This document shows, one piece after another, positions 39,020-52,804 of a stretch of DNA of 64,000 nucleotides. The notes under the pieces were generated by a model that had not been told where the DNA came from, did no database searches, and worked only from the letters and a program-made list of their open reading frames with translations. Source of the stretch: Camelus ferus (taxonomy: Eukaryota); contig NC_045696.1 in the NCBI RefSeq assembly GCF_009834535.1, positions 50,408,001-50,472,000 of the forward strand. The letters are read 5' to 3'. Numbering within the stretch: the first letter of the stretch is position 1; each line of letters begins with the position of its first letter. The position numbers and the translations under genes are program-made.

Positions 39020-42000
39020 ACTTATTGAAGACTCCCAAATTATTGTTCACAGTGACTGAACCACTACACATTTCTGCTAGCAATATATGAGATTTCCAAG
39101 TCCTCCACAACCTTGCCTACACATGTTTTCCATTTCAGTAGTAGTAGCAGTACACTAGTTAATGTAAAGTGGTATCTTACTGTGGTTTTGATTTTCATTT
39201 CCCTAGTTTCTGATGACATTGGCCATCTTACCATGTGCATGTTGGCTATTTGTATAACCTCCTTGGGAAAGTGCCTGTTCAAGTCTTTTACAAATTTTAA
39301 ATTAGGTTGTTTGTTTTTGAGTAGTAAAAAAATTTTATATATTCTGGATACTCAAACCTTAACAGATGTATGATTTGCAAATATTTTTCACATTTTATGG
39401 GTTGTTTTTCACTCTTTTGATAGTGTATTTTGGCATAAAACTTTGTATACAATTTTGATGAAGTCTGATTTCTCTATATTTTCTTTGGATGCTTGTGTTC
39501 TTGATGTCATATCTAAAACTTATTGTCAAATCTAAAGGTATTAAAGATGTTTTCTTCTAAGAGTTTCATAGTTTTAATGCTCATTCTTAAGTTTTTCATC
39601 TATTTTGTGTTAATTTTTGAATATGACGTGGAAGAATCCAACTTTATTCTTTTGCATGCAGTGATCCAGTTGTCCCAGAACTACTTGCTGAAGAGACTTT
39701 CTTACTACCCAGTGAATGGTCTTTGCAATTAGTTGAAAACCAGCGGGCCATAGGAGTATGATTTTATTTCTGGGCTCTCAGTTCTTTCTATTGGTCTATG
39801 TGTCTATCTTTTGCCAGTTCCAAACTGTTTTAATTACTGTAGATTTGTAGAAAGTTTTAAAATTGAGAATGTCACTTCTCCAACTTTATTCTTATCTCTC
39901 AATATTGTTTGGGGTCTGTTGCAATTCCATATGAATTTGAGGGTTTTCCATTTCTTAAAAAAAGGTAATTGAGACTTTTGGTACAGATTTCATTAAATAT
40001 GTAGATCTCTTTGAGGAGTATTGCCATTTTAATAATATTAAGTCTCTTATCCATGAATAAAGGATGTCTTTTCATTTTGCTAGATCATTTTTAAATTGCT
40101 TTCAGCAGCTTTACAGTTTTCAGTGTAACTCTTGCAACTCTTTGATTAAGTTTATAACTCAGTATTTTATTCTTGTTGATGCTACTGTCAATGAAATTGT
40201 TTTCTTAGTTTCCTTTTCAGATTGTTCATTGCTCACATATGGAGATACAACTTATGTTTGCATGTTGATTTTGTTTCCTGCAACTTTGCTGAATTTGTTT
40301 ATTAGCCTTAATTGTATTTGGGGGTGTTATGTTTAGGATTTTCTACATATAATAACATCTTGTCATATGTGAGCAGATAGTTTTATGTCTTCCTCTCCAA
40401 TTTGGACACCTTTCATTTCTTTTAATTTAAATCATTTAATTACCCTAGCTAGAACTTCTGGTATGTTGAGTAGAAGTAGCAAAAGGGGTATTCTTGTCTT
40501 CTTCTTGAGCTTAAAAATAAAGCTTCCAGTTTTTCATCACCAAATATGATGTTAGCTATGGAGCTTTTATAAATTCTCATTATGTTACAGAATTTTCCTT
40601 TCATTCCTAGGTTGTTGAATGTTCTTATCAAGAAAGAGTGTTGCATTTTGTCATATGCTTTTTTTTGCATAAATTCAGATGATCGTGTAAATTTTTTCCC
40701 TTCAATCTATTAAAGTGATGAATTACATTGATTAATTTTTATATGTTGAACCAACCTTGCATTCCTAGGATAAATCCCAGTTGAACATGGTATATAATTC
40801 TTTTAATATGCTACTGGATTCAGTTTGCTAGTATTTTGCCTGTCCATTTTTTAAAAAAATTTAGAGGATGAGGTAATTAGTTTATTTATTTATACATACA
40901 TATATATATATATAATGGAGGCACGAGGGATTGAACCCAGGATCTTGTCCATACTAAGCACACATTTTACCACTGAGCTATACCCTCCCCCTCAGTTTGC
41001 TACTATTTTGATGAGAATTTTTGCATCTATATTCATAAGTGATATTGGTCTGTAATTTTCTTTATTTGTGATGTCTTTGTCTGACTTTGATGTCAGGGTA
41101 ATGCTGACCTCATAGAATGAATTGATAAGTGTTTCCTTTTTTTCTATTTATTGAAAAAATTTGAGAAGGATTGGCATTAATTCCTCTTTAAATGTTTAAT
41201 AGAATTTAACAGTGAAGCCATCTGGTCCTGGGCTTGTCTTTGTTGATAGGCTTTATATTACTGATTCAATCTCTTTACTTGTTACAGGTTTGTTCAGATT
41301 TTCTGTTTCTTTTTGAGTCAGTTTTGGTAATATGTGAGTTTCTAAGGTTTTATCAATTTCATATAGGTTATCAAATTTGTTGGTATATGATTGTCCATAG
41401 TATTCTATAAATGATACTACCTTTTATTTCTGTAAGGTTGGTAGTAATATCCTTATTTTTATTTCTGATTTTAGTAATTTGAGTTTTTTCTTTCTCAGTT
41501 TTTAGTCAACTGTCCAACTTTATTGATTTTTTTTAAAAAATTCCTTTTGGGTTTATTGTCTATTGTTTCCTATTCTTTATTTTGTTTATCTCCATTCTAA
41601 TCTTTATAATTTCCTTCTTTGGGTTTACATTGCTCTTCTTCTCTTGTTCCCTAAAGTGTACAGTTAGGTTATTGATTTGAGATTTTTTTTCTTTTTAAAT
41701 ATAGGGGTTTACAGTGGTAAATTTCCTTCTGAGCACTGCTTTAACTATATTCCATAAGTTTGGTATGTTATGTTTTTATTTTTATTCATCTCAATGTATT
41801 TTATAGTATTTTGTGATTTCTTTTCTGTCTCATTGTGTTTAAAAATTATGTTTAATTTCCATATATTTGTGAATTTTCTAGTTTCATTCCATGATGGTCA
41901 GAGAAAGTACTTCATATGATTTCAATCTTTTTTAAATTTATTGGGACTTGTTTTGTGGCCTAACACATAGTCTATCCTGGAATGTCCTACGTACACTCAT

Positions 42001-42120
42001 GAAAAATGGGTATTCTGCTGTTTGGGGGGTGAAGTGTTCCATATATGTCTACTAGGTCTGTTAAAGTCTTCAGCTATCATTGTAGAGTTGCCTATTTCTC
42101 CTTTCAATTCTGTCAATTTG
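39020..42120 (-). mobile_element. Degenerate L1 ORF2 region (antisense), about 3 kb
   Basis: T-rich antisense L1; ORF-track fragments MNRHFPKEVIQIANMHM... and ...KKAYDKMQHSFLIRTFNNLG... are L1 ORF2 (RT and C-terminal) remnants. Confidence 0.88.
40839..40991 (-). mobile_element. tRNA-derived SINE (camelid vic-1-like) inserted in L1
   Basis: Reverse strand reads ggggagggtatagctcagtggta...ctgggttcaatccc; flanked by a 19-bp TSD tcagtttgcta(g/c)tattttg (40820-40838 and 40992-41010). Confidence 0.85.
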
Positions 42121-42981
42121 TGTATGTTTATAATAATTATATCCTGCATATGTTATATCAATATGTTATATCCTACATATTGACTTTGTTTTCAAAAGTT
42201 AGACATTTTTATTTGCATTGGAAAAGACCTATTTCTTATATGCCTAAATCTGCTCACTTTCAAAGCCACTTTTGAGACTTTACAGTTTTTCATCAAGCAT
42301 GACTTAAGCTGCTTCTGCTTGGACATGCATGGGGCTCCAGGTTCTCCATCACCCTCTACAGCTTGCCTCACTGCACTTCTCCCCCAGTTCTCTGGGTAGC
42401 CTTTCTCATCATCCTCTTTACCTACCTCTCTAAAGTGCATATTTCATACTGAAATAGTTACTCACATGAATTTCCTGTTCAGGTTGATTCTTATTGCAAA
42501 CCTTTCCACCACTAACACAAACATTTTATGTAATAGCATTAAACACATGAAAACACATACAATATATACACACCAGCCAAGTATTAGGTTTTCACAGTGT
42601 GGTCAATTGTGGTCATCATAAGCATTGTGACTTAGAATAAACTGTTCTTTGCTTATTTTTCATCTGAACCACAAGCAAGGCCGTTGGTTATGTTAAATGC
42701 TACAGTTTTTACATCTGCTCTAACATTTTAGCAATATATTATTTAATCATTAGTCTCTAAATGGTTGTGATAATGAATAAAACTTTGTTTTGTTTTACTT
42801 TGTTCCTGAGAGGATTTCTTCCTTCTTTTTTTTCTCACTCAGAATGAAAACTAGCCCTGCTAATAACCCCATGATTACACTGTCAGATGATAGATCCTAC
42901 CACTCATTCAATGAAGGCATGACAGAAAGATAGACATATTCTAGACTAGGGTGAGCTACAGTGGGTTCCATTTCACCTTAC

Positions 42982-43072
42982 CTGAAGATCAGAACCAAAG
43001 AAGACACGAAAGGATTTAAAAGCAGATACAAGCTCTCATCTTTTAATCCTTCTTCTTTCCTCTCACACTTCT
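42982..43072 (-). other. Candidate non-coding 5' UTR exon of CD200R1L (91 bp)
   Basis: Pyrimidine-rich acceptor ...gttttacaactag|AGAAGTG and strong donor TTCAG|gtaagg in unique sequence upstream of the leader exon. Confidence 0.4.
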
Positions 43073-44899
43073 CTAGTTGTAAAACATACAGAAAAAGCAC
43101 GAGAGATTGATGTCCCACCAAACAAGATATAAATAAAAATTGAAAGTCATGATTGGTGATGAACAATTATTCTATTTAAATACATAGTTAAGACTAAATA
43201 CTTAAGAAAATTATGTATAAAATCTTCAAAATATAAAAATAATACATAACCAACAAGTCAGAAAATGGGAGGAAAGGCAGTTTGAAGAAGCATAAAGTTG
43301 TTCTTTATCTTTCATAGCATGGAGTCAATAGACACTGTGTGATGGTGAAAATAGTTTTTTAAATGTACAGTTACATCATCCTCTCAATATTGTTCACAGT
43401 CTTTTTTTAACATAGAGAACTCCTTTAGAAATTAGTGTCTCATCTGGTAAAGGCATTTTGTTTTCAATAGTCCAAACTCATTGGAATAGACACTTGAGCA
43501 GATTTGCTTTGTCTACTTGGCATGCTGTGCTTTTGGTTTGGTTTTTTGGTTTATTGATTGCCTTATATGTCATTATGGTACACCGGAAAATAATGCTTCT
43601 GAAAAGCTCATTTTTTAATATATAAACTTATTTTTTAAGAGCAGTTTGAGATTCACAGAAAAATTGACAAAGTACAAAGAGTTCTTGTATACCCCCTACC
43701 CCCACACATGCATAGCCTCCCCCATCAACATCCCCACCAGAGTGGTACATTTGTTGCAATCAATGCACCAATGTTGATGCAGTGTTTTCACTCACAGACC
43801 GTAGTTCATATTAATGTTCACTTTTGTATGTGGTAGAGTCATTTTTATCACACATTCAATAATTACTTCTGTTTCTTTTACCAGCTCAAAGTAAAGTAAC
43901 AATAAATGCAATATTTTTATTTAGAGTAACATGTTTATATAAAAGAATTTTGTGAAATAGTTTGTCTTTCCTTCTTTTTACATATATTTATATAAAAGTG
44001 TTCAGCTAATATTAACAGTAGTTGTTTTGAGTGGTAGAATTTGAAGCAGTTAAATTTTTCTGTATTGCCCGAATGTCTTATAATAAGCATGTTTTATCTT
44101 CACCCAAATAAAATGTCATTAGTTTTTTAAAAATGAAAGAGAAAAATATATACCCAAGGGACCACCACTCATAAATATTCCCACAATAAATGTTAATGCT
44201 AATTTATAACATATTTAGCAGAATTGTCTTAGAAAGGTATCTTGAAAAACAGCCAGAGACTTGAAAAAAAAAAAAAGCAACTCGGAGAAAGATATAGTAA
44301 ACATCTCAATTTGGGAAGATAAAAACGTAAGTAGGGTAAGTGGAATAGTTCAAATGTTTATTGTGGCTAAAAATGAAGAGTATTTACATCAAACATGACC
44401 CATACTTAGGCAGGTTAGACCAACTATCCCAGTGTACTGTCTGTGAGGACGGCTATCACAAAACACCGCAACAGGCTGGTTGGCTTAACCACACGGTGTT
44501 TGTCCACAAGGCAGGTTTTTAAGGTTGAAGGCTGTGTATATTAATAATCAACAAAAACTAGGGTTCTGCTTGTGTTGATTTTAAACAGCGGTCAATAAAA
44601 ATATACGTATTTATTTATAAAACAAGACAAAACCAGCGAAAGATAGAGGAACGTCTGAGTCTTAACCACCAGGAATTGCATGAATATTGATTGTTATAAC
44701 TCAAAAAAAAAAAAAAACCACGGCAAGGAGCTCAGTAATTTATAACCAATTCAATAAAACTAAATGGTATAATTTATTAGTTCTTTTTATATTTGATAGT
44801 ACTTTATAACTTCATATAATTTTCTAAAGGGATATTTACCAAACTTAAAACTAATTCAATCTTAAATGTGTCCTAATATCTGTTTCTTATCAGCTAAAA

Positions 44900-45190
44900 C
44901 AGCAATTCTTAGACTTTTTGGTCTCAGGATCCCTTTATACTCTTAAAAATTGTTGAGGATCCTAGAGAACTTGCCTTAGAAAAATGTAGAAACACATACA
45001 TACAAATACAAAAGTACTTACTCCATAAGCCATCAAAGCAATAATATCAACATATGCTGTGTAGCAGCTAGAAAACTAACATGCACTTGAGAGAATTTAA
45101 ATGCAAAAAGCAAATGACATGTTAGTATTATTATGAAAACACAAACAACCTTGAGGACTTCTTGCAAGGGTTTTTTGGACCACATTTCAA
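44900..45190. mobile_element. hAT-Charlie-like DNA transposon relic
   Basis: 'ctttttggtctcaggatccctttatactcttaaaaattgttgaggatcc' motif; family assignment from recall. Confidence 0.5.
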
Positions 45191-45240
45191 CTAGAGCTAA
45201 GCTAAAACAAACTTAAAAGCTCAAATATTACTCTTCTTTT

Positions 45241-45514
45241 TTTTAACTTTTTTTTATTGATTTATAATCATTTTACAATGTTGTATCAAATTCCAGTGTA
45301 AAGCACAATTTTTCAGTCACACATGAATATATGTATATTCATTGTCACATTTTTTCCTCCATGAGCTACCATAAAATCTTGTATATATTTCCCTGTGCTG
45401 TACGGTATAATCTTGTTTATCTGTTCTACAATTTTGAAATCCCAGACTATCCCTTCCCACCCTCCGCCCCTTGGCAACCACAAGTTTGTATTCTATGTCT
45501 ACGAGTCTATTTCT
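45241..45514 (-). mobile_element. Young, severely 5'-truncated L1 3' end
   Basis: Poly-T head; TSD aaatattactcttctttt (45223-45240 and 45515-45532); homologous to 58083-58511 and, in reverse, to 53900-54190. Confidence 0.85.
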
Positions 45515-46587
45515 AAATATTACTCTTCTTTTATCTTCTTGTTTGTCAAAAATGTTACGGAGCAGGAAAATACAGAAAAAAGTAATTAATCCAACTTAGT
45601 ACTTGTTATTCTTCATTTAACAACTCCAGTTAGCAAAGCAATTGTGAATAAAAAGATATTTAAACTTTTAAAGAGAAACCTGCTTTTTATTATGATATGT
45701 CATTTCCCCCCACAAAAATTACTGCTGTACCTTGACATATCAAAAAATATATGCATATAAAACATAAATTCTTTTCACATAAATGATCAATTACTCCCAA
45801 TATTTAGTTACATCATTGTTAATAAGAAAATGATAGTTCAAGTGATCTGTGAGGCATATGTTACAGCTTCTGGCAGAATAATAAACATTCAAATAATGAC
45901 GGCTATTTGTTGCTGCTGTTGCTACTGTTTTGTAGTGGTCATTTTTGCCAATCTGCCGTAAGTATTAAATACTAGGATACTATAGGTAGCATAGCAGGAT
46001 CGTAAGTTTTGTTGCCTATGAATTTCCCATTTCATTAAATATACTTTTAGTGGACAGTCCATTTTAATTAACTAATAGATAACTTGCATCCAGTAAACTT
46101 CCAGGAAACAATGGATCTCATAATAGTCAGTATGTCCAGAAAGAAAGAGAGACGTGCACAGACTCCAAGGGGAGAATACACTGGAGACTCAAGACTTTTA
46201 AACACAAGGACAAGTAATTCCTTAATAGCTGCATTCCTTATTGACAGGTCAGGTTAATCTATAGTGTATTATTGATGCTAATAATGTTTTTTGCTCAAAG
46301 TAGCAAAGGAATCTGGAAAAATTCAGGTGTTTTACTTTTCTCTAAAGAATTTAAGAATTTCTAGTAAAATTTTGCCTAAATGTTTCACAAAAGCATCTTG
46401 AAAAGGAGTCTGTAAATAAAACATCAAATGTTAGCATTCTGATCAAAAGAATTTTTGACCAATGTGCTGCTTAAAATTATTTAGAGTTTTTTTCTTTTAA
46501 AAAATGGACATTATGATGTTATACAAAAGAACCTCAGGAATGTTTCCTAATATGATTTGTAATACTTTAAAAAAATAATCAACACTT

Positions 46588-46791
46588 GTCTGTATCTTGA
46601 ATTTTCAAGTTAGTTAATTTAGGATAATAAAAAGAAGTTGTTTGCAAACTTACAGACCTTACTGACCTAATTTCAGAAGCTGAAATAAATGGATGAAATA
46701 AAATAATTGATATATATATGTGTGTGTGTGTGTGTGTGTAGTATATATGATCTGTCCATAAGGGATACCTGTAAGTAATTAGGATATTCTG
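46588..46791 (+). repeat. About 200-bp diverged direct repeat, copy 1 (copy 2 at 50671-50855)
   Basis: gtctgtatcttgaat...agttagttaatttagg...caaacttacagac...cctaatttcagaagct...ccataagggatac...aagtaattaggatattctg is present in both. Confidence 0.85.
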
Positions 46792-48424
46792 GAGTTCAAT
46801 ATCATCTCTTGCCTGTGGGGTGTCATGGTTTGCCTGCATTTCACCACTATAGCCGTAGTCCTCTGGGCAGCACTCTCAGAAACACTGCTTTCTTCAGGTT
46901 CCTTCATCTTGCAACTTCAGGCCAAGGAGTAGAATGGTTTTCAGAGGTTCTAAGCCACAGAGTCCTGCATTATCTCTTATTGGTTAGGGAAACCACACTT
47001 TTGTAAAGTGTTTACCCTTTTATTAAACTCTCCTCAGGTACTTAAAGTGTGTTGTTTGTTTACTGCTGGGGCTCTGACTGATAGACGTCTGACTGATACA
47101 TTTTGGAGATGTTAAAATGTGAAAAAAAAAATCAGCACCTAAGATAAGTAAAATATATCCGTTAGCCCCTCTGTTCTTCAGTTTCATTTCTGTTAAATAG
47201 GAATAATATTCCTCTTAGAATTATTATGACTAAATGAATTAATGCATGTAGAGTACTTAGAAAAGTGTCTGGCATGTAATAAGTGGTCAACAAATATCAG
47301 TAGTGTATTTGCAGCATTGTGACAGGTGCCATGAATTACACAAAGATGGGTAAAACACAAAGCACACTTCCAAGAACCCTGGTAATCTTAGTGAGTGACA
47401 GCTCTAAGTCTCAAAGTCAGATATTTTGATCTCAAGCCTACTATTTTTCTTTGAAAACTTCCTTGATAATCCAAAATAACTGAAAAGATCACTCTAGTTT
47501 AGTGCAAAAGCACTTAAACACTTTTTAAGATAAGTGAAGTATTATTAGTTTTAATTATGTGCAGCAATACAACCTAATAATTAAAATGCATTGTCAGAAT
47601 ACACTCAGAATTAATAAACAGGTGAAAAATTTAAGTTATCTTGAATGTAAAAATGGTAGTTATTTATAAATGAAGAGATTCTTCAAAAGATAGGAAAGAG
47701 ATTAGAAAACGAATCTTTATTGAGCATCCACCATGTGGGAGGCACTTCTAGACTGAGTACTCACAAACTGTCTGTCAAGGGAAATGGCTATCCCCACTAT
47801 ACGGATGAGGAATCTACCCCAAAGAACAGAGCAGACATTCAAACCCAAAGCCTCCACTGTCAGCAAGAGGGAGCACAGGGAACGACCATGACTTTTCTAC
47901 ATCACGCTGCCTCCAGAATGCTTAAAAAAATATATCCCCTAACGTGGCTTAAATAGCATATACCTACTTATTAGGAGATTTACATTTATGTGTAAACTTG
48001 TTCTTAGACTCCTTTTTTTCTTTTGCAAATGGCACAAAGATGCAGTCTAAGAATTATGACAAGTGTCTCTTTTCAAAAACACAAGATTTCTTTAAAGCCT
48101 TGTTCCTCAACGTGTGATCTACAGACCAGCAGCAACAGCAACATCTGGAAATTTGTTAGAAATACAGAACAATTAGGCCCCCAGGCAAGGATTATTCTAA
48201 AATTGTTAGCCAAGGAAACTGGAAAGAGAAGAATAAAACTGAGCATTTTAAAAGACATGAAAAATTCTGGTGGAAAACAACCTAAGGGATCTTTCTCATC
48301 ATGGCTTCCTCTGCTTCATCCCAACACACTTCACCCTCTCTCCCACCTTTCCCGACAGACTTACCAGCTATGGAAGGGAGAAAAACTGTGAATAGTCTGC
48401 CAAAAGCTGAAGACATCTTCTGAA

Positions 48425-48657
48425 GGGAGTTCCCTTCTATTTTCTTTTCCTGTCCTTACCTCTCTGTTTTCCTTCCACCATACCATGTACCTAGCTGTGG
48501 TCTTTCACTTCTCCTGCCCTCCTCCATAAGCACAGGTGAGAAATCCCCTACTCTCTCCTCCACTGTATCTCTGGCTCATGAACAATTTAAGAAGAAGCAT
48601 TTCCTGTTTGAAGAGTTGAGGTAATAATGACTGGACTTCCTGGTTTGCGCTTTTATA
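48425..48657 (-). promoter_or_regulatory. Candidate myeloid promoter and first exon for CD200R1L
   Basis: Minus strand: TATAAAA (48651-48657), ETS-type CAGGAAGT (48635-48642) and CAGGAAAT (48599-48606), GAAGTGAAA and ACCACA motifs, donor GAG|gtaagg at 48460/48459, NF-kB-type GGGAGTTCCC (48425-48434). Confidence 0.45.
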
Positions 48658-50084
48658 CATTTATTTCTCTCCAGAGAAGCATGTGCATTTGATCCACTAT
48701 TCCGATAAAATTGTAATAAACTGAGCTGTATCACAGATAATGTGAACCTGATTCTTACAAGGCATGTATCATTATATTCGTTTTTTATAAATAAGGAAGT
48801 AGAAAGTCAGAGAGGTTAAGTTACTTACCCTCACCCAGTTAATAATAGAGCTATAAAGTCAGGATAGAAACCGAGATCTGTTCATGGGTAGTTTTCCTTC
48901 CCTTGCATTGTATTGTGTGTGTGTGTCTATCTGTATTTGTTTGGTAACTTATGTGGTTTATGAGAGAAGCCAAACATGATCTCTTCCTCTAGAAGTGTGT
49001 GCTTTAATACAGAAAACACTGAGACAGAGAGTAGTGAAAAGTAAAACACTTAAAAAGACCATAATACAAATAATTCTCCACCCACATGACCCGCACCCGA
49101 GTTAAAGGCTTGGGCTGGGGCGAGGGCTCAGTCTGCAACCAGGAATTAAAGCCCAGTTGCGGAAATTTTACTTTGATCTGTTGAGGACATCTTATGCACA
49201 AGCCCCGGACTTCTGTCTTCCACAGATCTGGAGAAGACCAGGTACCAAGATGATGCTGGCTCTTCCTGATCTAAATGGCACCTGGCATTTCTCTGGCACC
49301 TCCAGCCTGGCTCCAGCACAGCTGACCCCTTGCTCTTTCTGAACATGACCCTAGTGGAATGTCATCCCTGCTGCAAACTAACAGGGGGCACCACTGCCCA
49401 CTGCACAAGCTCAGTCCTTTTGTGGGCCACTCCAGGTCTTCCCTGCCTCTGCCTGACCTGCCCGTGCCCTCACCTCACGCTACCACATCCTGCTGACAGT
49501 GTTAGCATTTCTATCTCATAATTTCTACTTTATTTCTTCTTTCTTCTACTTGTTTCTGGCTAAGACATTTTAAGAATATGCTGTCTTCTGCCACAAAATA
49601 AAGGGTGGCAGGGGACAAGGGAAGAAAACTACAGATTCAGTGCAATGTTAACAGGGTTTTTTATGTGGAAGGGGACAGTGAAGGCTGAGGGAGTAGACTG
49701 GTAGGCAGAAGTTTCCACTTATAGATTCTTACATTTTCTTAAACAGACAATAATCCTTCCCTTTGGGCTTGTTCTAACACTGGTTTCAGCTTGGTTACCC
49801 AAAGGGATGATTAATGAAAATTTCTTAAGAAAATACATCAGGATCAGATTCTTGTCACCAGATAAATAATTCCTCTACACATTTGAAGATGAAAGAAGGG
49901 TTTTTTTTTTAATTTGGTGAATTTTGTTACCATCAATACCCTGGTTATGATATTATAGTATAATTTAGCATAATGTTATCATTAGGTAAATTGGAAATGG
50001 TGCACAGGGATCTCTGTGTGATTTCTCACACTTGCTTGAGAATCTATAATTTTCTCAATTAACTCTAATTGGAAAAGATACATG

Positions 50085-50658
50085 CATTGTTCATAGCAGC
50101 ACTATTTACAATAGCCAAGACATGGATACAACCTAAATGTCCATCGACAAATGACTGGAAAAAGAAATTGTGGTATATTTATATAATGGAATACTACTCA
50201 GCCATAAAATAGAATAAAATAATTCCATTTGCAGCAACATGAATGTCCCTGGAGAATGTCATTCTAAGTGAAGTAAGCCAGAAAGAGAAAGACAGATACC
50301 CTATGATATCACTTATATGTGGAATCTAAAAAACAGAAAAAAAGGAGGATACTAATGAACACATCTACAAAACAGAAACAGACTTGCAGACAAAGTAAAC
50401 AGTCTTATGGTTACCGGGGAAAGGATGGGAAGGGATAAATTTGGGAGTTTGAGATTTGCAAATGTTAGCCACTATATATAAAAATAGATTTTAAAAAGTT
50501 TATTCTGTATAGCACAGGGGACTGTATTCAATATCTTGTAATAACCTTTAATGAGACAAAATATGAAAACAAATATATGTATATGCATGACTGGAACATT
50601 GTGCTGTGCACCAGAAATTGACATATTGTAACTGACTTTATTTCAGTAAAAAAAAAAA
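50085..50658 (+). mobile_element. L1 3' end
   Basis: 'gttcatagcagcactatttacaatagccaagacatgg...ctaagtgaagtaagccagaaagagaaagac' ending in a poly-A tract. Confidence 0.85.
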
Positions 50659-51004
50659 TTTGAAAGTCAAGTCTGTATCTTGAATCTTGAAGTTAGTTAA
50701 TTTAGGGTAATAAAAAGGAAGTTGGTTACAAACTTACAGACTTTGCTGGCCTAATTTCAGAAGCTAAAACACATGGATGGAATAAAATAATTTGAGATAT
50801 TATTATATATATCATCCATCCATAAGGGATACTTCCAAGTAATTAGGATATTCTGTATGTCATCACTACACCTAAAGTTTTAGGGAAATTCACATCCTTT
50901 CAAAAATGTTCTTTAGTGCCTCTAATAGAGATTTAATATAGTATTTGGAAGTTGGTGATTGTTGTTTCTGACACCAGCCACTGGAAAAGTTTGTTTTTTA
51001 ACAA

Positions 51005-52645
51005 ATCCATCACCTCACATAGTATCTTTTTTTGAAATGGGAAAATTTCAAGTATAAAATACTGTATTATTAACTGTAGTAGCCATGCTGTACATTAGAC
51101 CCCAGAACTTTTTCATCTTATAACTGAAGGCATGTACCCTTTGACCAGCATTTCCCAATTTTCCCCACATCCGAACCCCAGATAATCACTATTCTACTCT
51201 GTCTCTATGAATTTAACCTTTCCCCTTTAGATTCCACATGTCATGCAACATTTGTCTTTCTCTCTCTGGCTTATATCACTGAGCATAATGCCTTCCAGGT
51301 TCATCCATGTTGTCACAAATGATAGGATTTTCTTTCTTAAGGCTCAGTAATAACCCACCACATTTTCTTGATCCATTCATCCATCAACACACTCAGGATT
51401 TTTTCCGTATCTTGGCTATTGTGAATAATGCCTCAATAAAAAATGAAAGTACAGCTATCTCTGCAAGATAATGGTTTCATATCCCTTGGATATTTACTTA
51501 GAAGTAAGATTACTGAATCATGTGATAGTCCTAGTTTTAATTTTTTGAGGACTTGCCATACTGTTTTCCATAGTGGTTGTACTAGTTTACATCCCTGCCA
51601 GCAGTGTACAGGGGTTCTCTTTTCACCACATCCTTGCCAGCATTTGTTACCTCATTTTTTATTGATAATGGCCATCCTAGTAGGTACGAAATGATATCTC
51701 ATCATGATTTTGATTTGCATCTCCTTGATGATTAGTGATGTTGAGCACCTTTTTATGTACTCATTGGCGATCTGTATGTCTTCTTTGGAAAAATGTCTAC
51801 TCATGTCCTTTGCCCATTTTTAAATTGGAGTATTTGGTTTTGGTTTTAAGTTTTTCAGAGTTTGTGTGTGTGTGTGTGTGTGTTGGGTGTATTTTGGTTT
51901 GGTTTGGTTTGGTTTGGTTTGGTTTTTTGTTACTGAGTTGCATGAGTTCCTTATATATTTTGGATATTGACTTCTTAACTGATATGGTTTGCAAATGTTT
52001 TCTTCCATTTCATAGGTTGCCTTTTCATTTTTGTTGATGTATAAATAACTCATATAACATTGTATTAGTCTCAGGTGTACAACATAATGATTTTTTATTT
52101 GTATATATTGTAAAATGATCATCACAATAAGTCTAGTTAACACTCACCACCACACACAGTTACAAAATGTTTTTCTTATGAAGAGAACTTTTAAGATTTA
52201 TTCTCTTAGCAACTTTTGAATGTACAATACTGTATTATTAACTATAGTCACCATGCTATACATTATATCCCCATGATTTATTTATTTTATAACTAGAAGT
52301 TTGTACCTTTGGACTCCACCCCTTTCACCTGCCCCCCTACCCCCACCTCTGGCAACCACCAATATAGTCTCTGTATCTGTGAGCTTGGTTTGGAATGTTT
52401 TTCTTTGTTGTTTTTTTTTTTTTTTGAGATTTTACATAATTCAGTTCATATGCTATTTGTCTTTCTTTGTCTGAATTATTTCACTCAGCATAATGCCCTC
52501 AAATTCCATCCATGTTGTCACAAATGGAAGTTTTTCATTTTTTATGGCTGAATTATATTCCATTGTATGTATTTACCACATTTTCTTTATCCATGCATCC
52601 ATCAATGGACACTTAGATTGTTTCCATGTCTTGGCTACAGTAAGT
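51005..52645 (-). mobile_element. Older L1 3' fragments (two pieces, antisense)
   Basis: 'ttcatccatgttgtcacaaatg' appears twice, plus 'ttgatttgcatctccttgatgattagtgatgttgagcacc'. Confidence 0.8.
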
Positions 52646-52804
52646 CACCAATATAGAAAAGCAGAGTAAAAGAAAAAATAAAACAGTTGGGGGAGAAAAC
52701 ATAGTAAATGAGACATGTAATGTAAGATTGTAGAAACATGACCAAATACATAAGTAATCACAACAAATATGAATGGCTTAAACGGTCATTAAATTTAAAA
52801 TTCT

